NCBI GenBank assembly: GCA_037200905.1
Contig: JBBCGN010000001.1
Location: forward strand, 25,380 to 89,379
Reading direction: 5' to 3'
Length of the DNA: 64,000 bases
Origin: a bacterium
GTDB lineage: Bacteria; Patescibacteriota; Minisyncoccia; Phycocordibacterales; UBA9973
This document shows, piece after piece, positions 42,338 to 53,380 of this stretch; within the stretch, counting starts at the first letter, position 1; each line of letters opens with the position of its first letter. The notes under the pieces were generated by a model. It saw only the letters and a program-made list of their open reading frames with translations, was not told the DNA's origin and searched no databases. A program made the position numbers and the translations under genes.

Positions 42338-43543
42338 TTAGTTGATATTGTTGAGGATCGAGTAGAGCGGCGTCACCATGGAGATGGCGAAGAAACCGAC
42401 GCCCGCGCCGATGACGATCATCAGTATCGGCTCGATGATAGTGGAAAGATTGGCAGTTTTCGCCTCGATTTCGCCTTCGTAAAATGTCGCCACTTCGAGC
42501 AGCATGTCGGAGAGCTTGCCCGTCTCCTCGCCCACTTGGATCATCTCCGCCATCATGACGGGATAGAGCTTCGGGTTGTTGACGAATACCTGGGAGAACG
42601 GCGCGCCCTTTTCGATATCGACGACGGCCTGATCGAGGACTTTCTTGTAATACACGTTCTGCACCACGTCCTTGGTGATCTCGATGGCCCGGGTGATGGA
42701 TACGCCGGAAAGGAGGAGCGACGACATGGTGCGAGCGGTACGAGCGGTGTTGAGCTCGCGGGTCATGGTGCCGATCACCGGCAGGCGCACCACGATGAAG
42801 TCGATATATTTCGCCATGAACGGCGCCCGGAAGAGATAGATGATTCCCGCGATGATGACGATGATGGAAACGAGCGACAGGAAGAGGTACTGCGAGAAGA
42901 AGTTGCCGAGAGCGATGATGAAGCGCGTGGTCGCGGGCAATGTCACTCCGAGCTCCTGGAAGGTCTTGGCGAGCGTCGGCACCACGAAGGCGAACATCAG
43001 CACGCCGATGAGCACCATGGCGGACATGATGACGCCCGGGTAGATAAGCGCGCCCTTCACTTTCTTCGTCAGGTTGTTGGCTTTCTCGAGGTTGCCGCCC
43101 ACTTCGGTGAGCGCGCCGGCCAGGTTGCCGGATTCTTCGCCGGCTTTCGTCATGGAGACGAAGAGGTTCGAAAAAGTGCCGGGGAACTTGGCGATGCCGG
43201 AGGAAAAAGTGCCGCCCGCGTTGATTTCCGCAGTCACGGAGTTGAGGATGTTGGTCAGCGCCCTTTTCTTGGTCTGCTTCTGCAGCACGGACAGCGCCCG
43301 CGAGAGCGAGAGCCCCGCCTTGATCATGCCCGAGAGGTTCTTCGTTATGAGTATCAATTCCGAAGCCTTCACTTTGCCGAAGAATCTGTCGAAGAACACG
43401 GAGAGGTCGAACTGCTTACCTTCTTCTGCGATGGTTATCGGGATGAGTCCTTTCGTCAGGAGCTCGTGCGACACGGCGAAAGGTCCCCGGCCTCCATGGT
43501 GCCGAGTGAGAGCTCGCCGGTCTTCGATTTTGCCTTGTAGGAA
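42338..43543 (-). CDS. pilC: type IV pilus assembly platform protein PilC (GspF family); one frameshift near the N-terminus
   Basis: Two T2SF repeats (..LSRALSVLQKQ...GNLAGALTEVGGNLE; ..LSDMLLEVATFYEGEIE..). Confidence 0.85.
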   Translation of the reverse strand, partial: FLQGKIEDRRALTRHHGGRGPFAVSHELLTKGLIPITIAEEGKQFDLSVFFDRFFGKVKASELILITKNLSGMIKAGLSLSRALSVLQKQTKKRALTNILNSVTAEINAGGTFSSGIAKFPGTFSNLFVSMTKAGEESGNLAGALTEVGGNLEKANNLTKKVKGALIYPGVIMSAMVLIGVLMFAFVVPTLAKTFQELGVTLPATTRFIIALGNFFSQYLFLSLVSIIVIIAGIIYLFRAPFMAKYIDFIVVRLPVIGTMTRELNTARTARTMSSLLLSGVSITRAIEITKDVVQNVYYKKVLDQAVVDIEKGAPFSQVFVNNPKLYPVMMAEMIQVGEETGKLSDMLLEVATFYEGEIEAKTANLSTIIEPILMIVIGAGVGFFAISMVTPLYSILNNIN

Positions 43544-43561
43544 AAAAGCATCGCTGTATGT

Positions 43562-45312
43562 CTATTCCGAGACGACGCGGAAGATCTCTTCGAGCGTCGT
43601 CATGCCGAGCACCGCCTGGAAGATGCCGTCTTCGAGCATGGTCATCATGCCTTCTTTCTTGGCCTGCTCTTCCATCGCGTCCTCCGAGCCGCCCTTGATG
43701 ATCATCTCCTTGATCGTGGGCGAGACTTTCAGGACTTCATGGATGCCCACGCGGCTCGAGTAGCCGTCTTCGCTCTCGCCGGATTTCACCGCCTTGTAAA
43801 AAGGAATCTTGTCCCAGGTGTCATTCTCGCCGATGAGGTTTTCCGCCTTGAGGAGCGCGAGCATGCGGTCGAGGTCGACCAGTTTTCCCCAAATTCTTGA
43901 TCTCGTCGGCGCTCAGGAAATACTTTTCCTTGTTCGAGATGAGCTTGCGCACCAGGCGCTGGGCGATGATGGTCTTCACGGTGGAGACGATCAGGAACGG
44001 CTCCACGCCCATGTCTATCATGCGGGGGATGGCGCCGACGGCGGAGTTCGTGTGTATGGTCGAGAGCACGAGGTGGCCGGTGAGCGAGGCGTTCACGGCG
44101 AGGGATGCCGTCTCGCCGTCGCGGATCTCGCCCACCATGATGATGTCCGGATCCTGGCGGAGCAGGGTGCGCAAGCCGTTGGCGAAGGTCAGGCCGATCT
44201 CCGATTTCACCTGCGTCTGGTTCACTCGCGGCATCTGGTACTCGATAGGGTCTTCGATGGTGGAGATGTTCACTTCCGGCTTGTTCAGGATATCGAGCAT
44301 GGTATAGAGCGTCGTGGTCTTGCCCGAGCCGGTCGGGCCGGTGGCGAGCACCATGCCCGTCTTCTGTTTCAGGGAACTGTGGATGCGCTCGAGCCCTTCG
44401 CCGTGGAAACCGAGGCCTTCGAGAGAAAAACCGTGCGCATTTTCCTTGAGGATACGGATGACGGTCTTCTCGCCGAAGAACGTCGGCAGCGTCGAGACGC
44501 GGAAAGAGATCTTCTCGCCGTTCTGGTCGATCTTGAAGCGGCCGTCCTGCGGCAAGCGCTTCTCGTCGAGCTTCAGGTTCGAGAGCACCTTGATGCGGGC
44601 AGTGATGCCCGTGCCGGCGCTCTTGTCGAGCACCATGGCATCGTGCAGTATGCCGTCGATGCGGTACCTGACAGTGAGCTCGTTCTCGCCCGGCTCGATG
44701 TGCACGTCGGATGCGTTCTGCAGTATGGCATGAGAGATGAGCGAGTCGACGATCTTGATGACGGGCAATTCTTTCGCCATCTTCTTCAGGTCTTCTTCCG
44801 AACCCTCGTCGGCATCTTTGGAAATCTCCTGCAGAGAAACGGTCTCCTTCTCGATGATGTCGTTGAACTCGGCCTGCAAGCTCTTGCGGTACTGCACGAG
44901 CGCGGACCTGATTGACGCCGTATCGGTAAGGCGCGGCAGGATCTTCAGCCCCGAGCGCTTCTTGATGAAATCGATGACCGGCAAGTCATCCACGTCGAGC
45001 ATGGCCACTTCGAGCCCGGCCTCGCTCTTCTTGTAGGAGATGATGTTGTAGTTGTGGGCGATCGGCTCGGGGATGAGCGAGAGCACGGCAATGTCGATCT
45101 TCTCGTCGACGAGGCTGATGAAGGGGATGCCGAGCACGAATGCCTCCATGCGCTTGAGATCGCTTTCGGAGATTTTCCCCCTCGGAGAGCAGGATGTCGC
45201 CGACTTTCTGCTCCTTTTCCGCCGCTTTGGCGATGGCATCGCCGAGATCAGTCTTCGAGACCAGTTTTGATTCGAGAATAAATTTCTTCAACTGTTCCTC
45301 GTTGATTTGCAT
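43562..45312 (-). CDS. pilB: type IV pilus assembly ATPase PilB (GspE family), frameshifted
   Basis: T2SSE_N N-terminus (44986..45312), Walker A GPTGSGKTTTLY, His-box, and the C-terminus in 43562..43864. Confidence 0.85.
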
Positions 45313-45324
45313 TAGCTATAGTAT

Positions 45325-45355
45325 AGCAAAAAACCCCTCGGAACGAGAGGTTTTT
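45325..45355 (-). terminator. terminator between the VWA gene and pilB
   Basis: cccctc ggaacga gaggtt with T/A runs on both sides. Confidence 0.5.
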
Positions 45356-45373
45356 TGCATATCTTGAGAAGAT

Positions 45374-47310
45374 TTATCGCGGCTCGGTGTAGATCGGCTT
45401 CTTCTTTCCTGTCGTCACCGTCACGGAACTCGGCGCCGAAGGCACGCCCTGGGAATTGCTGCAGACGATGGTGTACGTGGTCGGCAGGACGGGCGGAACG
45501 ACCGGCACGCCGACGGAGTTATGCGTGGCGCCGCCGGTATTGAATCCGGTACCGGCGCAGGACGTGGCGCCGGTCGAAGTCCAGGTGAGGAGCACGGTCT
45601 GTCCGAGCACGATCATGGCGGGCGTCGGATCGGACATGAGCGTCGCGCTCGCGGGAGGAGGCACGGGGTTCACCACTACCGTGGCGCTCGCGGGAACGCT
45701 TGCGCCGCCGATGTTCGTACAGGTAAGGATATAGGTATAGTTCCTGACACTGCCGAGCGCCCCCTGGCTCTGGGAACCGCCGCCGACCGCTTTCGATCCG
45801 GACCAGTCCCCGCTCGCGGTGCACGAAGTCGGATTATTGGTGACGCTCCAGGTGATGGTCGGACTGATCCTGTTCACGATGCCGGTGATGGGCGTTGCCG
45901 AGACAGTCACGACGGGGACCGGGGGAAGCCCGACGGATACGCCGGTCCATGCCGAACAGTTGTTGCCAGTATCAGATTCAACGACCGCGCCGAAGGCATT
46001 GCGATTGCTCTTGTTGGCGCAGGCGCGGACCGACCATTGACCGGCAGTGGCAAACGTATATGTCGCGCTGGCATTGCCCGCGGCTCCCGCGGCAAGGGCG
46101 GACATGGTCGCGGCCGGCAAGGTCTGTCAGCGTGCCTGCGCCGTTGCCCGCGCTCGAGAGCTGGAAAAAGTTCGGGAACGAGGCGCCTGTCGTCAGGCTG
46201 CCGATGTTTGAAACGGTTGACGTGAATGTCGCCGGCGTACCGACGGTAGCGCTCGCCTGCGGCGGAGCGGAAGCAGTGAGATCAGGGCGCGGCGGCGGCG
46301 TAACGTTTACCGTGATCGCATTCGAGACGACGGTCACCACTGATCCGACGGTGGTACGGCATTGCACGAAATATCCGTATGCGCCCGGAGGAAGCGGCGG
46401 AATCCAGTTGATAGGATTCGCGGCGCTGTATGCGCCCGCGCCGCTGCCGCCGTTTACCGGAGCCTGGGCATTGTCGAGCAATCGGCATTGCGAACCGCCC
46501 TTGCTGACCGAGACGTTATAGGCAAAAGGCACCGAGGTGCCGGAGACGACCGTGTACGGAGTATTCGCGGTAACGGTGATGGTCGCGGGGCAGAGGGCCG
46601 AAGAAATATCCGAGAGCACTCCGGAGAGGGCATTGATGTCTCCCAGGGCCACATCGACCTGATTGATGTTCGTGATGGCTTGCCCGGGGAAATTTTTCAC
46701 CTGCGATCCGGAAATGGCCTCGAGGTTCGCCTGATTGAGCCCGCCCTGCGTGCCGCTCGAGTTGATGCCGATGGCGAGGACGCGTGTGCCGCTCGACTTC
46801 AGGGAATTGGCGGCAGTGACGGCGCTCGTGAGCGCGGTCGCGGCGTCCGTCGGATAGTTCGGATTGCCGTCGGTAATGATGATGACGAGATCGCCCGCGC
46901 CCGTCATGCCGTCAGCGGCCTGCAAGGCCGCCTGCCAGTTGGTGGAGACGCCGTTCGGATGATTCACATACGTGTTGATCTTGGCAAGGACGGCGGCCTT
47001 GTCGGTCGTCGGAGAAAGCGATGCGCCCTGGATGTTGGTGTTGAAGTCTATGACGCCGATCTTGGTCGGCGTGCTCGGCATCAGGCTGTTGACGAGACCG
47101 ATGGCGGCTGATTTGGCGGTCGCGATGTCCGAAGCGGCCATGCTGGTCGAACTGTCGAGCACGAGCATGACATTGAGGCCGCAAGAGCTTGCGAGTGCGG
47201 GATTATTGGCCGCATAGGCTTTCGGGGCAAAAACAAGGCTGGAGAAGAGAAAGGTCGAGGTCAAGATGACTGATAAAACTTTATAATACAAGCTTCTTTT
47301 AGGTTTCATT
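45374..47310 (-). CDS. secreted von Willebrand factor A-domain protein of about 645 aa with C-terminal Ig-like repeats (PilY1-like adhesin candidate); one frameshift
   Basis: Signal peptide MKPKRSLYYKVLSVILTSTFLFSSLVFAPKAYA and a VWA/MIDAS-like region (..VMLVLDSSTSMAASD...IIITDGNPN). Confidence 0.7.
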
Positions 47311-47486
47311 GCTTGAATTATACTCCAGTGCACGGAGCTTGGACAATACACATATATGGCATGTGTGGATAAACTGGCTGCCCGGATGCCCATTTGCCTT
47401 CGTTGTCCATATATGCTATGCTGTTTCCGTACAAGTCCTGTCGCAACAGGGCTTTTAATTTTAGAAAAATTAAATAATAAAATCAC

Positions 47487-48707
47487 ATGTTAGACCTAAA
47501 AACATTCAAATCAGCGCTCGAACAGTTGGAAGAAGAGAGGAAAATACCGAAAGAAAAGATCCTGGACGCCATCGAACAGGCCATGGCCGCGGCTTACAAG
47601 AAGGACTACGGCAAGAAAGGCCAGATCATCCGCGCAAAATTCGATCTCGACACGGGCAAGACCGATTTCTACCAGGTAAAGATAGTCGTCGACGAATCCA
47701 TCGCTCGGATGGACGAGGACGGCGACGATGAAGAAGAATATTCAGTGAAAGAAGACGGCGACGAGCGCGTGCGCTTCAACAGCGAGCACCACATCATGCT
47801 CGAGGACGCCAAGAAGATAAAGAAGGGCGCGGAACTCAACGACGAGATCGTCTTCCCTCTCGAGCAGAAGGACGACTACGGCCGCATCGCCGCCCAGACC
47901 GCCAAGCAGGTCATCATCCAGAGGATCCGCGAAGCGGAGCGCACGTCCATCATCGACGAATACGGCACCAAGGAAGGCGACATCGTCTCCGGCATGGTGC
48001 AGAAGATCGAGCGCGGCAACGTCTACGTCGACTTCAACCGCGCCACCGGCATCCTGCCCGTCGAAGAGCAGATCCCCGGCGAGTACTTCCAGCGCGGCCA
48101 GCGCATCCGGGCATATCTCTACCTCGTGGAAGACACCCCTCGCGGCATCAACCTGCGCCTCTCCCGCACGCATCCGAAATTCATCGAGAAGCTCTTCGCC
48201 ATCGAAGCGCCTGAAGTGGCGTCGGGCGTCGTGGAGATAAAGTCCATCGCCCGCGAAGCCGGAGCCCGTTCCAAGATCGCGGTATTCTCGAACGACGAGC
48301 ACATCGATCCAGTCGGCTCATGCGTCGGACAGAAAGGCACCCGCGTCAACACCATCACCCAGGAACTCTCCGGGGAAAAGATCGACATCATCCCATGGTC
48401 TGCAGACCCTCGCGTGCTCGTCTCCAATGCCCTCTCTCCTGCGAAAGTCACCGCTATCGAGATCGACGAGCAGGAGCACAAAGCCATGGTGGAAGTGGCC
48501 GAGGACCAGCTCTCGCTCGCCATCGGCAAAGGCGGACAGAACGTGCGCCTCGCCGCAAAGCTCACCGGCTGGAGGATCGACATCAAGGGCGACGGCCAGC
48601 AGGCAGACTCCAAGGAGGAAGAAGAAGCTGCACCGGCTGAAGAAGCAGTAGCTGCTCCGATCCCTTCCGACGATTCCAGCGACGATATTGATAAGGTAGA
48701 GCAATAA
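47487..48707 (+). CDS. nusA: transcription termination/antitermination factor NusA
   Basis: NusA N-terminus, S1 and two KH domains (..IGKGGQNVRLA..), acidic tail. Confidence 0.9.
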   Translation: MLDLKTFKSALEQLEEERKIPKEKILDAIEQAMAAAYKKDYGKKGQIIRAKFDLDTGKTDFYQVKIVVDESIARMDEDGDDEEEYSVKEDGDERVRFNSEHHIMLEDAKKIKKGAELNDEIVFPLEQKDDYGRIAAQTAKQVIIQRIREAERTSIIDEYGTKEGDIVSGMVQKIERGNVYVDFNRATGILPVEEQIPGEYFQRGQRIRAYLYLVEDTPRGINLRLSRTHPKFIEKLFAIEAPEVASGVVEIKSIAREAGARSKIAVFSNDEHIDPVGSCVGQKGTRVNTITQELSGEKIDIIPWSADPRVLVSNALSPAKVTAIEIDEQEHKAMVEVAEDQLSLAIGKGGQNVRLAAKLTGWRIDIKGDGQQADSKEEEEAAPAEEAVAAPIPSDDSSDDIDKVEQ

Positions 48708-48722
48708 GACTACAATTCTCAT

Positions 48723-49310
48723 ATGGCAAACATAAATGAAAAACCTTCGAAGTTCATGCTCAACCTGCAGCATGTCCTGCCTCCGTATGCTGATGAGGCG
48801 AAAGGCATCATCAACGGCTTGGTGGAAATAAACTCAAACTCTATCAACAAATACGAATTCATCACCGAGAGCGGACAGCTCAAGCTCGACCGCGTCGGCT
48901 ATTCTTCGCTCGCCTACCCTGTTGCCTATGGACTCGTACCGCAGACATGGGACCAGGACAATGATCTCCTCGACTTCGTCATCGCGAACGTCACCGAACC
49001 GCTCGTGCCCGGATCGCTCGTCGAAGCCCGCGTCATCGGCGTCATGAAATTCGAAGACGGCGGCGAACGGGACGACAAGATCATCACTGTCCTCTCCGAC
49101 GACAAGCGCATGGACCATATCAATTCTTTCGAAGATCTCGGCGACCACTGGCAGAAAGAAACACAGCACTATTTCGAACATTACAAGGACCTCAAAAAGC
49201 CCGGCACCTGCAAGGTACTCGGATTCTTCGGCGTAGATGAGGCGAAGACTATCGTCGCCGAATGCATCGAGCGCTACAACAAAGAATACAAGCCTAAGTT
49301 TACCGAATAA
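48723..49310 (+). CDS. ppa: inorganic pyrophosphatase (family I)
   Basis: ..DQDNDLLDFVIAN... and an Asp-rich active site. Confidence 0.8.
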   Translation: MANINEKPSKFMLNLQHVLPPYADEAKGIINGLVEINSNSINKYEFITESGQLKLDRVGYSSLAYPVAYGLVPQTWDQDNDLLDFVIANVTEPLVPGSLVEARVIGVMKFEDGGERDDKIITVLSDDKRMDHINSFEDLGDHWQKETQHYFEHYKDLKKPGTCKVLGFFGVDEAKTIVAECIERYNKEYKPKFTE

Positions 49311-49394
49311 CTTTCGGTAAGTTTCGCCCTCCCTATACGTCATAAGGTGTATAATAAAGACACCTTTATTCTTATTAGTAATTTTTTAACTTTT

Positions 49395-50142
49395 ATGAAA
49401 AAATACACAGGATTTGTAGCCGCCGCAGGTTTGGTTCTCTCTTTCTCTCTTATATCTTCTTTTGCATCGGTCGCCGCCGCAAAAGAAGGCAGCGATGACA
49501 TCAAGGCGAACGCCACCCTCGGCGCTTCGGTTGATACGCGCACCTCAGTCGATATACGCCAAGAAGACAGGGGTGAAAGACAGGAGGACAGGCAGGAAGA
49601 TCGAGGACAGCGCCAGGAAGACCGCCAAGCATTCCGCGCCAAGCTCCAAGACGATCGACAAGCATTTGTAGCAAAATTGAAAACCGACCGAACGGCGTTT
49701 CTGGCCGAAGTGCAGGCCAAGAAGGCCGAGTGGCAGAATGCCAAGGCTGATGTGAAGCAGAAATTCTTCGAAACCGTCCGCGGGTACCGTCGCTACGCGA
49801 TTCGATGCAGTCATCACGGCTCTCGCTGATTTCCAGGTGAAGGCCGGCGATATCATCGTCACCCTTCATGCAGACGGAAATGATACAACGGAAGCCCAGA
49901 GCGATCTTGACCTCTCCAAGCAGAAATTGAGCGACGCCAAGGCGAAGTACGCCGAAGTAAAAGCCATGGTTCCGGCAAATTATGCGGATATCACCGCTGA
50001 TGCCTGGGCAAGGATCAAAGTCGGCGCCCGCGAAACCCGTGACCTCTTGAAGGAATCACGCGAATATCTCCACCAAGCGCTCCAGGAAATCCGCAGCTTG
50101 AACGGCGAAGCGGACGCAAGCGCCAGCGCGAATATCAACTAA
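49395..50142 (+). CDS. hypothetical secreted coiled-coil protein with QEDR repeats (one frameshift near 49800)
   Basis: Signal/TM MKKYTGFVAAAGLVLSFSLISSFASVAAA, then RQEDRGERQEDRQEDRGQRQEDRQ. Confidence 0.5.
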
Positions 50143-50171
50143 TGCGTCATTATTAATTAACTAATTTCCCC

Positions 50172-50384
50172 ATGGAACCAAATCAACCACAGCAGAAATC
50201 GAGCGGCGCCCTCATCGGCACTATCATCGTTATCATCATCCTTGTCATCGGCGGCATCTATTTGTGGCAGAAAAATATGGACGAGAAAGCTGTCGACCGG
50301 AATACGCAAGGTTCTACCACGGCGGCACAACTCGATGCCCAGGTACAGAGCATGGACATCGACCATACTGACGACGGCCTCTAA
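50172..50384 (+). CDS. small membrane protein (70 aa)
   Basis: Single TM helix ALIGTIIVIIILVIGGIYLW. Confidence 0.4.
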   Translation: MEPNQPQQKSSGALIGTIIVIIILVIGGIYLWQKNMDEKAVDRNTQGSTTAAQLDAQVQSMDIDHTDDGL

Positions 50385-50412
50385 AGAGGCGGAACGCAGA
50401 ATAACGGGCAGA

Positions 50413-50446
50413 AAAACCGGATTACTCCGGTTTTTCTATTTTTATA
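50413..50446. terminator. bidirectional terminator
   Basis: aaccgg attact ccggtt flanked by A- and T-runs. The stop codon of 50422..51405 lies in the loop. Confidence 0.55.
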
Positions 50447-51405
50447 TCATCCATCTTTAGGGTAAACTTAAGAAAATCTGCCAAGCTTCCTGAAGAAAGG
50501 AAGGCATAATCTTCTTTGTGCATTCCGTAGTGCTTCGCGAAATCTTTTTTATCCGGAATCGGCTTGAAGGTATTGGTGCCTGAGGCATAGAAGCCGATGA
50601 TGTGCCCGTTCGGGCCGTACACCGGGTTGCCTGGCAGATAGAACGTATTCGTCTCCTGGACCGGAAGCGGATCCTTGCCTTTCTGTTCCATTGCCTTTTG
50701 AAGAATATGCGTAGTATCTTTTTTAATTTCGGGTTTTTTGTAGACATACGGCTGAACAGGCTTTTTGAAAACTGGATATTCCATGTATTTGCTTTCTCCT
50801 CCCAGCATGCTGAATGACTTTGGATCCCCCATCAAAGATGACGGTTTATGGTGCCTTTTTGTATAGAGATTCTCATTATACGGCGTTTCAATCTGAAGCT
50901 CGTTCGGATAACCTGGTCGCCACTTTATATTAAAATACTGCTTTGCCTTTCCCATTTCGGCGCCTTGTTCTGCTTGAAGAGCATGTATTTCGTCTATAAT
51001 AAGATTTCGCTCTTGAGTGCCTTCGCGTAATTTCATACCCTTGTTGTTAAGTTCATCAATTTTGTCCAATCTTCCAAGAAGATCGGAATGAAGCTGAGTG
51101 CCCAATTGCTGCAACAGCTCACCGTAATTGTCTGTTGTATCTAAGTTGTATATTTTCTCAGCAATCTTGCTTTGTTGCCAAGCGTTCAAACTGTCTTTAT
51201 AATCCAAAATTCTCTTGTCATTTTTATTCTCTACATATATCGGCGGTAATTCTTTCTGTTTCACTTCGTGATGTTTCTGTGCCAAGCCTGGCACCATCAG
51301 GGTGGCTGCACCAGCAGCCATAACAACATTTTTTAAACCTTTTCCTACTTTTTTATTTTCTTCTGCCTCGGCTTTTTCCTTAGGGGATTCAAAATTGAAT
51401 TTCAT
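50422..51405 (-). CDS. hypothetical protein (327 aa), AT-rich, N-terminal TM/signal
   Basis: Intact ORF with no recognisable motif. Base composition is clearly lower in GC than its neighbours. Confidence 0.55.
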   Translation of the reverse strand: MKFNFESPKEKAEAEENKKVGKGLKNVVMAAGAATLMVPGLAQKHHEVKQKELPPIYVENKNDKRILDYKDSLNAWQQSKIAEKIYNLDTTDNYGELLQQLGTQLHSDLLGRLDKIDELNNKGMKLREGTQERNLIIDEIHALQAEQGAEMGKAKQYFNIKWRPGYPNELQIETPYNENLYTKRHHKPSSLMGDPKSFSMLGGESKYMEYPVFKKPVQPYVYKKPEIKKDTTHILQKAMEQKGKDPLPVQETNTFYLPGNPVYGPNGHIIGFYASGTNTFKPIPDKKDFAKHYGMHKEDYAFLSSGSLADFLKFTLKMDDIKIEKPE

Positions 51406-51468
51406 GGAAATAGTATATCATGGCCTGTTTTTTTGACAAAAACGGCTAATAAATATAGGATAAAAAGC

Positions 51469-52530
51469 ATGTCTAAGGTAAATATCATAAAACTGCCCCA
51501 GAGCGAGATCGAGATCACTGGCGAAGTGCCGGCGGACGTCTTCGAGACGTATTTCGCCAAGGCTCTCCACAAGATCGGAGAGAAACCTCGAAGTCGACGG
51601 CTTCAGGAAAGGCAAAGTGCCGGAGCACGTCCTCCTTTCCAAGATTCCCGAGATCCGAGTGCTCGAAGAGATGGCCGAGATGGCCCTTTCCGAGCATTAT
51701 CCGAAGATCATCGACGAAGAGAAGATAGACGTCATCAGCCGCCCGGAAATCTCCATCACCAAGATCGCCCGCAACAACCCTTTGGGCTTCAAGATAAGAA
51801 CATCCGTCCTGCCGGAAGTAAAATTGCCCGACTATAAAGCAATCGCCAAGAAGACCCTTGCCGCAGTGCCTGCGGAAGAGAAGAACGTCACTGTTACCGA
51901 CGAGGACATGGAGAACACTATCATGGACATCCGCCGTTCCCGCGCGCCGAAGAAGCATATGAGCGCGAGCGAGGAAAAAAATGAGGGCGAAGACGAGGAG
52001 AAACCGCCGGAAGAATCCCGGCATTCGACGATGAGTTCGTCAAAGCCCTCGGGCCATTCGAGAACGTTGCTGATTTCAGGGACAAGTTGAAGGTGAACAT
52101 CAAGCTCGAGAAGGAAAATCAGCTCAAGGAGAAAACTCGCATCAAGATCATAGAAAATATCATCGACAAGAGCGCCATCGACCTGCCGAACGTGCTCGTG
52201 GAAGCCGAGCTCGACAAGATTCTCTACCGCATGGATTCCGATATCACTCAGATGGGCCTGAAATTCGAAGATTACCTCAAGCACTTGAATAAGACAGTGG
52301 AAGACCTGCGCAAGGATTTCCGCCCCGATGCCGAGAAGAAGGCCAAGCTCGCCCTGGTCTTGAATGCAATCTCCAAAGAAGAAAAGATCGCTGCCGACCA
52401 GGAAGAAGTGGCCAAAGAAGTGGCTCACATCCTCGAACACTACAAGGATGCCGATCCCGAGCGCGCCGCCATGCACGCCGAGAACGTCCTCACCAACGAA
52501 AAAGTCTTCTCGTTCCTCGAAACGCAATAA
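51469..52530 (+). CDS. tig: trigger factor (apparently lacking the PPIase domain); 2 frameshifts
   Basis: N-terminal ribosome-binding motif ..EVDGFRKGKVP.. and the C-terminal chaperone domain. Total about 355 aa. Confidence 0.7.
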
Positions 52531-52587
52531 CATTTCTCCTAAAAATCGAGACTTGAAAAATGCGCAAAATGAGCGTATAATACAGCT

Positions 52588-53186
52588 ATGTTAATACCAA
52601 CAGTCATAGAAAAATCCCAGTTCGGCGAACGGGCATATGATATTTATTCCCGCCTGTTGCGCGACCGCATCGTCTTTTTGGCAGGCCCGATCGACGATCA
52701 CACCGCGAACATCATCATCGCCCAACTGCTCTTTCTCGAGTCCGAGGATTCGAAGAAGGATATCTTTTTTGTATATAAATTCGCCAGGGGGATCAGTGAC
52801 GTCGACAATGGCAATAGTTGATACCATGAACACATCCGCCCCGACGTTTCCACTTTCTGCGTGGGCATGGCGGCTTCCCGGGCGGCGGCCATCGTCCTCT
52901 CCGCCGGAAAGCGCGGCAAGCGCTTCATCCTGCCGAACGCCGAAGTCATGATCCACCAGCCGCTCGGCGGAGTAGAGGGACAGGCTTCCGACATCGCCAT
53001 CACCGCCAAGCACATCCTGAAAACCGGGACAATCTGAACAAGTTCCTCGCCAAGAACACCGGTAAGTCCCTCCAGCAGATCGAAAAAGACGTGGAACGCG
53101 ATTTCTTCATGGACTCCGAAGAGGCAAAGAAGTACGGCATCATCGACGAGATCGTCACCAAATCGAAGACTCCCGGCATAAAGTAG
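52588..53186 (+). CDS. clpP: ATP-dependent Clp protease proteolytic subunit (frameshifted)
   Basis: ..[18 protein letters not shown].., [11 protein letters not shown], ..[17 protein letters not shown]... Confidence 0.8.
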
Positions 53187-53380
53187 ATCAAGTAGACAAA
53201 TCGATACCTTCCTGCTATAGTGTGAATGTTGAAATTTACAATCGATTTTCACTTAATTAAAGCTGGTTTATAGGAATATCCCCATATTATGTCGTTTTCA
53301 AAGGAGTTTTTCACATCTTCTCGGATCGGAAAAAGAACCACAGATATAGTGGCCTGTTCTTATAGGCCGGCATAAAACGT

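Noticed and set aside
47425-47465. Hairpin gtcctg tcgcaa cagggc followed by ttttaatttt, just before nusA
   Set aside because: It is oriented as a plus-strand terminator or attenuator, but no plus-strand gene lies upstream, and its role is unclear.
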